Shown: positions 38,888-47,163 of the stretch, piece by piece
Position numbering within the stretch: position 1 is the first letter of the stretch
Layout: each line of letters starts with the position of its first letter
Virus record (IMG/VR): IMGVR_UViG_3300030331_006276
Source: a virus
DNA: 64,000 bases
Strand: one strand, 5' to 3'
Notes under the pieces: model-generated
Told to the model about the DNA's origin: nothing
Database searches by the model: none
The model's input: the letters and a program-made list of their open reading frames with translations, nothing else
Translations under genes and position numbers: made by a program

Positions 38888-39787
38888 ATGGCAGCATTAG
38901 CAGGATTTCCAACAGATATATCATTACCCGCGGAAGCTAGATATTATACTCTCGTGGAAATTGGTAAATCCTTTAATTCAAATTACGATATAACTTGGTC
39001 TTTTCAGTATAAATTACCAAGTACAAGTTTTGGATCAACAGCAAAATTTGATAATTACCAATTAGGGTTTTCAACTTTTTTAACAAATTTACCCAAACCG
39101 TTATCTTGCTTACCTGGGCAATATCTTGGTGATCAAGATCCAGAATTTGTACTATCAGCAAGTGCATTATTAACAGAAGATGCAAAAGTGTTAAAAACCC
39201 AAGACAGTTCTACAATTTTACTTGAAGGCGCTGTACTTAGTGGTATGTTAGTTAAAGTAGCATTTGACTCTACAGGTAAATATGCACTAACTGGAAGAGA
39301 TTCACGACCTGGGGTTAAACCACATCAAGTATTAAGAGAGTCAATGGTAGTTCGAGATTTCTTACATAATGTACTTGCTTACAATCATCTTTCTGCTGTT
39401 TCAACTACATTTAATACTATATCTACAGATTCGTATAGAACCTTAAGATTTAGATACGTTAACCTAGGTCAAACGTTATTTATTGATTTTCGTGAAAGTA
39501 ATACTACAGCATACAGTTTACTTACAGCAATCAATTTAGGTTCTAGATATAGAACTTTATCAAACATAGAAAATGTTTATGTTGGTTTTGCTTTTTCTAC
39601 TCCTATTTCTTCAACTACGCCAGCAGCTGCAGGGGGATATTCATTAAGTGCAAAAGACTTTTTCTTAAGAAATCTACATGTTGAAGGATATGAAGGTAGT
39701 AACGTACTTACTGAAACTATACGTACCCCATCGTTAAGTACAGTACCAAATCTACCATTTACAACTGTTACTAACATTACTGCATAA
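38888..39787 (+). CDS. L-type (legume-like) lectin-fold protein
   Basis: Ordered motifs GFSTFL, PGQYLG, VKVAFDS, LRFRY...LFIDF, VYVGFAFST and FFLRNLHV parallel the legume-lectin pattern GFAF / GGxLG / VAVEFDT / YVGFSA / final strand. Confidence 0.55.
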   Translation: MAALAGFPTDISLPAEARYYTLVEIGKSFNSNYDITWSFQYKLPSTSFGSTAKFDNYQLGFSTFLTNLPKPLSCLPGQYLGDQDPEFVLSASALLTEDAKVLKTQDSSTILLEGAVLSGMLVKVAFDSTGKYALTGRDSRPGVKPHQVLRESMVVRDFLHNVLAYNHLSAVSTTFNTISTDSYRTLRFRYVNLGQTLFIDFRESNTTAYSLLTAINLGSRYRTLSNIENVYVGFAFSTPISSTTPAAAGGYSLSAKDFFLRNLHVEGYEGSNVLTETIRTPSLSTVPNLPFTTVTNITA

Positions 39788-42048
39788 TGGAAACAACACC
39801 AGGACCAGACCCTTTTGATACGACGCCAGATCCAATGGATTTGTCTTCTGGTACTCCCGAACCAGCTGCTATAAATTTAGGTAATCCAGATGTACAAATA
39901 GAAGATATTTTTGTAACAGTAAAGTCATATCCACAAATAGGTACGGGAGGTGTACAAGGTTCTTTTGATAATACAGCTGGTGTTGTTACTGTCGATTACA
40001 TTACGTTAAGTCAACCTGTTGATGGTGATATTGAATTTTTTATTGAAGACTTTAATAGCAAGACTGAGCTTGAAGACGGTGTTACAACTCGTGGTGGTAA
40101 AAGCACCAAAATCCTTAATATTAATGCATTTAATTTACCTTTTGTTGCTGATGAAGTCGCAAAAGACGGTAGTATGGATGTTACTGTTTCGCTTCAACAA
40201 ATTGTAGAAGTAAAAGGTATACCGCGACCATTTGTAAAATCACAAACAATAAATATACCTAACCCAGCTTATAATCCTGCTGGAAGTGTCGATACAACAC
40301 CACCCGCTAGTGCTGGTGTCGATACAACACCGCCGCCAACAATGGTGGCACGTGGTGATATATATTCAGATAGAAGTGGTACAGAACCTAGACGAACTAC
40401 AACTCCATTACAACCATCTCAACCGGTAGTTACGGTTACTACTAGCACATCTCCAAGACCTTTGATAATTGATGATACAAGGTCAGCAGCAAGTGATGGG
40501 GTTGATACAACGCCGCCTCCTAGTGACGGGCAAGATTATACAGATACAAATTTTAGTGACATAGATATTGGAATTGATACAACTCCTCCGGCTGAGGATA
40601 CAACGCCTCCTGGACCTTCGCAAGAAGAAATAAGAAAAAGAGAAGAACTAAGAAATGCTAAAATTAGTGCTATAGATGTATTAGGTAATGATATACTTCC
40701 ATATTATGAAAGACAGGTATATGTTGATTTAATTAATGGAGCTACAAGTATAGAAGAGATACAAAGAGTTATACGAGACGCTGCAATAGATAGGCTTGAA
40801 GCCCAAGAACGACGTACTAATGATGCAATACGTGAAGCAGAAGCTCGAGCACGAGGATTAGCTGAAGAAGCAGAGCGAAGAAGATTAGAACAAGAAGCTG
40901 CAGAAGAAGAAAGAAGAGCGCGGCTAGAACAAAATGAAGAACGAATAAGATTAGCACAAGAAAGAAGAGATGCTCTTAGACAAGAGCAGTTACAAGCTAG
41001 AATAACACGGCTATCTCTCTTAGAAGTTAATAGACTTTTAGATGAAGCGCGTATACGACTTGATAATGTAACCTTTCAAAATGATCCAATTGGTCAAAAA
41101 GAAAGATGGGCAAGACAAGATATTGAAACTTTAGAAAAATATATAGAAGATAATCTTGATCCTAATAACCCTTTTCCATCAGCAGATGTATTTACTCCGC
41201 ACTTTATGTATGATGAGGGTGGTAATGCTTTTTTTGCAGAAACATATGAAGAACATGAAACATTTCGAAGATTAGGCTATACTCACGAAGCCCCAGAAGG
41301 AGTTGATACAACACCGCCAGCGCAAGATACAACTCCACCAGTACAAGATACAACTCCACCAGTACAAGATACAACACCACCACCATGTCCATCGGGTATG
41401 GAGAGAGTTAATGGTGTATGTGTAGATAAATGTCCAGATGGTTTTATAAGAGGGTCAGATGGAGAATGTTATGATCCTACCGCTGGTGATACTGATGAAG
41501 AAGATCTTCTCGACAGTGGAGTTATTGATTTTCCAACAATTATACAAGGACCATTAGGTTCTGGAGGAAGTCCGGATCCTAATCTAGATTATACTATATA
41601 TGAAGATCCAACAACACAACCACCTCCTATAACGACACCTCCGTATACAACACCACCGTATACGACCCCGCCTTATACGACCCCGCCTTATACTACTCCA
41701 CCATATACTACACCGCCGCCGTATACTACACCTCCGCCACCATGCACAACTATTCCACCGTTTATAGTTCCTCCCAGCGGGGGCGATCCACCAGATCCAC
41801 GAGAGCCTATAATAGTCTTACCACCCGAACCGCCTGAGCCTCCAGAACCACCAGAGCCGCCAGAGCCGCCTACATTTATATACCCAGCTCCCATTTTACC
41901 GCTAGCAAGACCGTTTCTAATAGACGTTGTAACAACTACAACCACTACTACTACTACAACGACAACTACTACTCCGGCGCCTATTGTACAAGTAACTACT
42001 ACAACAATATGTCCAGAGGATCCAGATTGCAATAATTTACAGTTTTAG
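39787..42048 (+). CDS. Mucin-like Pro/Thr-rich repeat protein with a charged helical segment and Cys-rich motifs
   Basis: 9x DTTPP, 6x YTTPP, PEP repeats, ~14-Thr run, E/R-rich helix, CPSG...CVDKCPDG...GECY; TAATG overlap with the lectin gene. Confidence 0.7.
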   Translation: METTPGPDPFDTTPDPMDLSSGTPEPAAINLGNPDVQIEDIFVTVKSYPQIGTGGVQGSFDNTAGVVTVDYITLSQPVDGDIEFFIEDFNSKTELEDGVTTRGGKSTKILNINAFNLPFVADEVAKDGSMDVTVSLQQIVEVKGIPRPFVKSQTINIPNPAYNPAGSVDTTPPASAGVDTTPPPTMVARGDIYSDRSGTEPRRTTTPLQPSQPVVTVTTSTSPRPLIIDDTRSAASDGVDTTPPPSDGQDYTDTNFSDIDIGIDTTPPAEDTTPPGPSQEEIRKREELRNAKISAIDVLGNDILPYYERQVYVDLINGATSIEEIQRVIRDAAIDRLEAQERRTNDAIREAEARARGLAEEAERRRLEQEAAEEERRARLEQNEERIRLAQERRDALRQEQLQARITRLSLLEVNRLLDEARIRLDNVTFQNDPIGQKERWARQDIETLEKYIEDNLDPNNPFPSADVFTPHFMYDEGGNAFFAETYEEHETFRRLGYTHEAPEGVDTTPPAQDTTPPVQDTTPPVQDTTPPPCPSGMERVNGVCVDKCPDGFIRGSDGECYDPTAGDTDEEDLLDSGVIDFPTIIQGPLGSGGSPDPNLDYTIYEDPTTQPPPITTPPYTTPPYTTPPYTTPPYTTPPYTTPPPYTTPPPPCTTIPPFIVPPSGGDPPDPREPIIVLPPEPPEPPEPPEPPEPPTFIYPAPILPLARPFLIDVVTTTTTTTTTTTTTTPAPIVQVTTTTICPEDPDCNNLQF
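41323..41382 (+). repeat. 21-bp tandem repeat, ~3 copies (QDTTPPV)
   Basis: caagatacaactccaccagta twice, followed by caagatacaacaccacca. Confidence 0.9.
41633..41742 (+). repeat. Degenerate 15-bp coding repeat (YTTPP x6)
   Basis: The protein repeat is encoded with varied synonymous codons; two adjacent units are identical (tatacgaccccgcct). Confidence 0.85.
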
Positions 42049-42059
42049 TAAGTATTATT

Positions 42060-42887
42060 GTGGGAAAGCTAACTATTGGAACTTGTGTTTATGATGATTA
42101 CGAAGGTCTATATTTTACAATTCAATCTTTAAGGCTACATCATAAAGAAATATTAGATAGATTAGAATTTGTTATTATTAATAATAATCCTAAATCTTTA
42201 CAAGGACGCGAGGTACATAAATTTGTAGAATGGATTAAAGAGCCTGTAACATATGTTGAATTTGATGGTTTTTCCGCAACATCTTTAAGAGATAAAATAT
42301 TTGGTCTAGCTAATACAGAATATGTTTTAGTAATGGATTGCCACGTACTATTAGATCCAGGTTGCTTAAAAAAGCTTTTAGACTTTTATGATAGTAAAAA
42401 AGATCATAGAAATTTACTACAAGGTCCGTTACTATATGATGATATGGTAAATGTAAGTACTCATTTTAATTTAGATAAATGGGGTAGTGATATGTGGGGA
42501 ATGTGGGATACGGATAAAAGAGGTACAAATCCTGATAATAAACCTTTCGAAATACCAGCACAGGGATTAGGTGTCTTTACGTGTAGAAAAGATAGCTGGT
42601 TAGGATTTAATAAAAAGTTTAGAGGCTTTGGTGGCGAAGAAGGGTATATACATGAAAAGTATAGATTAGCAGGTCGTAAAGTTGTCTGTTTACCGTTTTT
42701 AAGATGGTTACATCGTTTTGGTCGACCTGCTGGTGCACCTTACCGCCCAACAAAAGAAGATAGATTCCGTAACTATATGATTGGATTCCAAGAAATTGGA
42801 AAAGATACAAATGAAATCATAGCTAGATTTAAAAATATTGTATCAAAAGAACATATTGAAGCAGTAAAGAAAGAACTTGATCTATAG
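42060..42887 (+). CDS. Glycosyltransferase, GT-A fold (family 2-like)
   Basis: LTIGTCVYDD, VIINNNP, YVLVMDCHV (DxH variant of DxD), FRGFGGEE; TAAGTA late-box variant 5 nt upstream. Confidence 0.85.
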   Translation: MGKLTIGTCVYDDYEGLYFTIQSLRLHHKEILDRLEFVIINNNPKSLQGREVHKFVEWIKEPVTYVEFDGFSATSLRDKIFGLANTEYVLVMDCHVLLDPGCLKKLLDFYDSKKDHRNLLQGPLLYDDMVNVSTHFNLDKWGSDMWGMWDTDKRGTNPDNKPFEIPAQGLGVFTCRKDSWLGFNKKFRGFGGEEGYIHEKYRLAGRKVVCLPFLRWLHRFGRPAGAPYRPTKEDRFRNYMIGFQEIGKDTNEIIARFKNIVSKEHIEAVKKELDL

Positions 42888-43115
42888 ATTACCTAAAGTA
42901 GCTTCTACTTTAAGATCATGCTTCATAGAATGAAATCTCTCATCAATATATTTTTGAAAAGCTAGCGGCTTAATCCAATTATTACTTTCAATATCGATAT
43001 CCTCTTTTCCTCCTACTACTTCTAGAGCTTCAATTAAGCATGCCCAGCGAACTAGTTCGTCAAAATCCATAGTTTTAGTCGAACCGTCTTTTAGTTTAAA
43101 TTCATGTTTATTCAT
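42882..43115 (-). CDS. Hypothetical protein, weak resemblance to late-transcription coactivator gp33
   Basis: LIEALEVV...EDIDIES...IKPL loosely parallels the gp33 pattern YIDAI...EIEIES...KPL; 77 aa. Confidence 0.3.
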   Translation of the reverse strand: MNKHEFKLKDGSTKTMDFDELVRWACLIEALEVVGGKEDIDIESNNWIKPLAFQKYIDERFHSMKHDLKVEATLGNL

Positions 43116-43127
43116 AATATAATTATA

Positions 43128-43574
43128 TTATAGTTCCGTTCCTGGCTTGTAATCAGATGTTATCTCTATATCTTTTACCTCTTTGGTAAGTTCGGAAAAT
43201 GCTTTATTAACATCAACTGTTTCTGTAAGAAGAGTTGGTACTAAATTAATATCTACTCTATATGTATTATTGCATTTCTCGCAAGTATACGTATTTTCCA
43301 TATTAACAAAAATATTTTCTTGAAAAGTATAATTATTACAAGGACATACTATTGCAGCTTCACTAAGATCAAGCAATTGCTGTATTTCATTTTCAAATTC
43401 TCCTGTAAGTGTATCAACTTTATTAATTTTAAAAGATGAAACAATAAAAGAGACTAAAAACTGACAAACAAAAGCAAGAACTACAGTTTCCCAAAAACCA
43501 ATTATATTACGTAATCCAAAGCCCAGAGCAACAGATACAATTAAAGTAATAACTAAAGACCTTAAGATAGTCAT
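43128..43574 (-). CDS. Membrane protein with two hydrophobic helices and a CxC...CxxC zinc-ribbon motif
   Basis: Hydrophobic N-terminal ~48 aa; VCPCNN...TCEKCNN. Confidence 0.55.
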   Translation of the reverse strand: MTILRSLVITLIVSVALGFGLRNIIGFWETVVLAFVCQFLVSFIVSSFKINKVDTLTGEFENEIQQLLDLSEAAIVCPCNNYTFQENIFVNMENTYTCEKCNNTYRVDINLVPTLLTETVDVNKAFSELTKEVKDIEITSDYKPGTEL

Positions 43575-43897
43575 ATAGCTATTTTAGCCAAGTCTTCGGG
43601 AATATCAAGTATAAGTTCGTTAATTTGATCAATTTTACTATTTATTGCATCAACAGCTCCACTTGATACATTTTCACTACCTTTGGCTGTTGTTAACATA
43701 TTTCTTATTTCTACTAAATTTGTAAACGTGTCACCTAAAAGCTGCGTCATTTGTTGTAAATGATAAGGTAAAATAGGAGGTGCTTTCTGATGCTTTTCAT
43801 TATCCTTATACATAGAAAGTTGATCTGCTGCATTCATATGAAAATTTATAGGGTTGCGTTCTGGCCCTACGCTATAAGGAAATTCTGGTCCATCCAT
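43571..43897 (-). CDS. Hypothetical late protein
   Basis: 108-aa ORF; TAAATA 5 nt upstream. Confidence 0.55.
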   Translation of the reverse strand: MDGPEFPYSVGPERNPINFHMNAADQLSMYKDNEKHQKAPPILPYHLQQMTQLLGDTFTNLVEIRNMLTTAKGSENVSSGAVDAINSKIDQINELILDIPEDLAKIAI

Positions 43898-43924
43898 GTA
43901 ATTATTTATGCTAGAGACTAAATA
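43895..43924. promoter_or_regulatory. Back-to-back late promoters, near-identical to 1526..1555
   Basis: catgtaattatttatgctag (20 nt identical to 1526-1545) followed by agac and taaata. Confidence 0.75.
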
Positions 43925-43929
43925 ATTTT

Positions 43930-44364
43930 ATGACCAAATTTGAAAGACGTTTTTTAAAATCCCTTTTAGAGCAATCAGAAGAAAGAGAAGCTTTTGAAGC
44001 GGAATTAGATGAAACAACAGATGCGGGTGATTTTGATGTAGATGTAGATGTTGATGAAGTTACAGTAAAGGAAGATCCAGCTATTAAAGCTGCTGCAGCA
44101 GTAAATGAGCGTAATGAAGCTATGAAGGAAGATCTTAGAAGTTGGATTAAAGCAATGGAAGGATTTTTAGATTACTTAAATGGTGAAGAACCTACTTCTA
44201 TTCAACAACAACTAGCTAATGCTGAACCTGATACTATTTTTGATAGAATGAAAGCCTCTGAGCAACGTAAAATTGCGAGAGTTGCAACTGAGTTAGCCGG
44301 TGTTACAGAGTCGTTTAAAGGCTACTTAGCGCAAACTTCTAATTCTCAATTTAAATACGTCTGA
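43930..44364 (+). CDS. Acidic hypothetical late protein (candidate head-targeted protein)
   Basis: MTKFERRFLKSLLEQ N-terminus; D/V-rich stretch; TAAATA 5 nt upstream. Confidence 0.55.
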   Translation: MTKFERRFLKSLLEQSEEREAFEAELDETTDAGDFDVDVDVDEVTVKEDPAIKAAAAVNERNEAMKEDLRSWIKAMEGFLDYLNGEEPTSIQQQLANAEPDTIFDRMKASEQRKIARVATELAGVTESFKGYLAQTSNSQFKYV

Positions 44365-45404
44365 TTTCTATATTTTTTAATTTGAGATAATTTAACAATA
44401 CCTTCGAGACTATCGAAGGTATTTTTTTCTATAAAATCCCACTTAATTTCATCTATTTTACAAGCCATTGCTATATCGTTAAAATCTTTAAAACGTTTTC
44501 CAAACTTTTCAGGCCATATAAATACACGTTCATTTTGTTTAAGCAAAACCTCTGATTTTACTAAGGAAGCCTGATCAACCCACTGAGAATCAAGTATCCA
44601 CACCTTATCATACCATTTTAAAGAGTTCAGCTGCTGCTCTTGTCTTTGAGTAAATGATCTACCTCGTTCAGTAATACCAGCTACAGCTATAGAGTTTTTA
44701 GTAAAGAAGGCATTCAAAGGTCCTTCAAAAATATAAACTTTATCATGATCGCTCGATACTCTATCAATATTAAACAGAGTTTTTTCTGCTTGTACTTTAC
44801 CTAAGTACTTAGGTTTAGTTTTATTATCTTTATTTAAGACAGTACGAGTTTGATAAAACTCTATCTCCTTATTCTCATTAATAAAAGGTATAACTAATCT
44901 ATTTTTATGTACCCTATCAGTTAATGATACATATAAGTTATCTGGTTTATTTACTGCAGTATCTAATCTACGTTCCTTAACCAAATATCTAGCAGCCGTA
45001 ATAACAGAGTTGCTACTATAATAGTTAAGCTGAAACTCATCAGACAGATTAATGCTATCTTTAGGTAAGGTTTCGACTTGAAAAGTCTCTCTAATTTTTT
45101 CTCCATTTGCTGACAGATCTTTTGCATCAGGTACATATTCTTTTAGTTCATTAATTATATCTGTATCTGTACAACTTGATACTTCTTTTATCCACCGTAA
45201 AGGCTTACCCGACCAACCGCAGTTATGACAGAATATATTTTCATTTTTAGGAATATAATAGCATCTTCTTTTTTTACCTAACGATTTACCTTCTCTACAA
45301 ATAGGACAACTACATTGATATACGTTATTAAATTTATTATACTTAGGATAAAAGCCTAATTCAAAAAATTTAAGTATAACAAAATCCTCAGGAAGCGATA
45401 TCAT
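44346..45404 (-). CDS. gp61: DNA primase (gp61-like)
   Basis: Zn finger CPIC...FCHNC, RLVIPF, TOPRIM EGPLNA and LDSQWVD. Confidence 0.9.
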   Translation of the reverse strand: MISLPEDFVILKFFELGFYPKYNKFNNVYQCSCPICREGKSLGKKRRCYYIPKNENIFCHNCGWSGKPLRWIKEVSSCTDTDIINELKEYVPDAKDLSANGEKIRETFQVETLPKDSINLSDEFQLNYYSSNSVITAARYLVKERRLDTAVNKPDNLYVSLTDRVHKNRLVIPFINENKEIEFYQTRTVLNKDNKTKPKYLGKVQAEKTLFNIDRVSSDHDKVYIFEGPLNAFFTKNSIAVAGITERGRSFTQRQEQQLNSLKWYDKVWILDSQWVDQASLVKSEVLLKQNERVFIWPEKFGKRFKDFNDIAMACKIDEIKWDFIEKNTFDSLEGIVKLSQIKKYRNQTYLN

Positions 45405-46269
45405 TTAGTTTATTATAAAGGCTTTTCATAAAAAACAAACTATGCCAGCTTTCTTTATTATCTAGAATCCTCTTAAAGGAATACTCTTCACAATACTCTA
45501 AAAATACTTTATAAGAAGGATTAACTTGAATTGCTAGTTGATCTCTATAATATTCTTTTTCATTTCTATAATCTTCGTATAGATTTAATCTAAAGATATG
45601 TTTATTAGATTCATAAATCTGGTTTTCATCTTCAGTTAATTCAATTTCACCTTTTAGATATTTTTCTACTTTAACCTTACCAAATTTAGGTATACCAGCA
45701 ATATTATCTGATTTATCACCTGTTAAGCATTTAGCAATAAACCACTCATCAACATTTTTAAATCCTGTTTGCTCTTCAAAATTACTTTCTTCAAAAAATT
45801 TCTTACGAATAGGATCATATAAAGTGCACTCAGAATTAACTAATTGAAGAAAGTCCTTATCTACAGAAACTATAACTTTTGATCCATCATGTTCATTACA
45901 TATATAAGCAACAATATCATCTGCTTCAAGTTCACGTGGAAAAATAGAATTAATTCCCATTGAATATAAAATAGATTTAATTATTTCATTATTTTGATGA
46001 GGTGATGAATCTTTAGATCTATTACCTTTATATTCAGTTAGAATACTTTTACGAATATTAGGTTTATAATCTTGTTTTTCGTCCCACACAAATACTGTAG
46101 TATCGGGAAGAAACTGCTTCACGTAGGAGCTAACAGCATTAAGCGTAAAGTATATATGAAAATTACTTACTTGGTAATCTGAGTGAGTCTTGGTCTTCTT
46201 TGACTGTACTTTCGCTGTATGATACGTTCGGTGTATTAAATTGTTGCCGTCTATGATCAGTGTTTTCAT
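45388..46269 (-). CDS. rnh: RNase H / 5'-3' exonuclease (T4 rnh-like); start revised to MKTLIIDGNN
   Basis: IIDGNN, YKGNR, LEADD, VSVDKDFLQL, GDKSDNIAGI. Confidence 0.92.
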   Translation of the reverse strand: MKTLIIDGNNLIHRTYHTAKVQSKKTKTHSDYQVSNFHIYFTLNAVSSYVKQFLPDTTVFVWDEKQDYKPNIRKSILTEYKGNRSKDSSPHQNNEIIKSILYSMGINSIFPRELEADDIVAYICNEHDGSKVIVSVDKDFLQLVNSECTLYDPIRKKFFEESNFEEQTGFKNVDEWFIAKCLTGDKSDNIAGIPKFGKVKVEKYLKGEIELTEDENQIYESNKHIFRLNLYEDYRNEKEYYRDQLAIQVNPSYKVFLEYCEEYSFKRILDNKESWHSLFFMKSLYNKLNDIAS

Positions 46270-46504
46270 TTTTCTTATATTGAGCCTCAATAACTGAATA
46301 AACGTTTCTAGGAAGCTTCTCTACAAACTTAATTATATCATTGTTCCTTCCGATATCAAATGATTCTTTAGGTACATCTATATTTTCCATTTGTGGTAAA
46401 ATAAGACAACCAATAGTATCTTGTTTAAGATCAACTATTGCAAACATTTTACCTACATAATCGCCTGTCTGTACAGCGTATATATCTCTTTTACGATATT
46501 TCAT
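46163..46504 (-). CDS. Hypothetical protein; its C-terminal tail overlaps rnh out of frame
   Basis: MKYRKRDIYAVQTGDYVG... SH3-like beta pattern; fills the gap between neighbours. Confidence 0.5.
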   Translation of the reverse strand: MKYRKRDIYAVQTGDYVGKMFAIVDLKQDTIGCLILPQMENIDVPKESFDIGRNNDIIKFVEKLPRNVYSVIEAQYKKNENTDHRRQQFNTPNVSYSESTVKEDQDSLRLPSK

Positions 46505-46820
46505 CTGGACCAAATCCGTGTCCTTTTAAATGGTGCATTTCTGATGCAAAATATTTTAGTAAAAAGGAATTAAGTGCTTCAGTTTGTTGTGGTGTTTTTG
46601 ATGCTTTTATATCAACATGTCTACCTTCAAAATCGTATCCAAGTATAATATAACAATCTAAATATTCACTAATAATATTACATAGCCTATGAGCTAAATC
46701 CTGTCTTCTTTTAAATGTTTTCTTTTCAACAATACTTTGCTTAAGAGCTCTTTCGACCATCTCTCTTAATTCCTCATCGTTATCAAAATCTTCGGAATCT
46801 TCCTCTGGTTCGTTGCTCAT
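46491..46820 (-). CDS. Hypothetical late protein
   Basis: 109-aa ORF; TAAATA 5 nt upstream. Confidence 0.55.
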   Translation of the reverse strand: MSNEPEEDSEDFDNDEELREMVERALKQSIVEKKTFKRRQDLAHRLCNIISEYLDCYIILGYDFEGRHVDIKASKTPQQTEALNSFLLKYFASEMHHLKGHGFGPDEIS

Positions 46821-46824
46821 GCTA

Positions 46825-47163
46825 TTATTTATTCAAAAAATCATTCTTATCCTTTTGCCGAACTCCTGATTTTAATAACTTACTAACAACAACTTCAATA
46901 GAATCTGTTTTTAAACTAAAATTATTGTTAAACAATTGATTACCATCATTAAAGCTAAATAAATATTCACCTTTAAAAGGAGTATTCTCAAAGCAGGTAA
47001 TGTATACTGAAGCACCAGTAGGATCAACTAGTACAGTCCATTTACGAGGATCAGATTTACTATACTTATCAAATATTCGTAAAGTAACAAAATCATTGTC
47101 CTTTAATCTTTTAATAAAGTAGCCTGCAGTTTTAAGTTTATTTTTCTTGTGATGCATTATCAT
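46825..47163 (-). CDS. Hypothetical protein
   Basis: 112-aa ORF coupled (ATGA overlap) to the clamp gene. Confidence 0.55.
   Translation of the reverse strand: MIMHHKKNKLKTAGYFIKRLKDNDFVTLRIFDKYSKSDPRKWTVLVDPTGASVYITCFENTPFKGEYLFSFNDGNQLFNNNFSLKTDSIEVVVSKLLKSGVRQKDKNDFLNK

Noticed and set aside
41323-41870. Short direct repeats as a possible CRISPR array
   Set aside because: In-frame coding tandem repeats without unique spacers
41688-42032. 114-aa minus-strand Val/Gly-rich ORF
   Set aside because: Mirror image of the Thr/Pro repeats on the + strand
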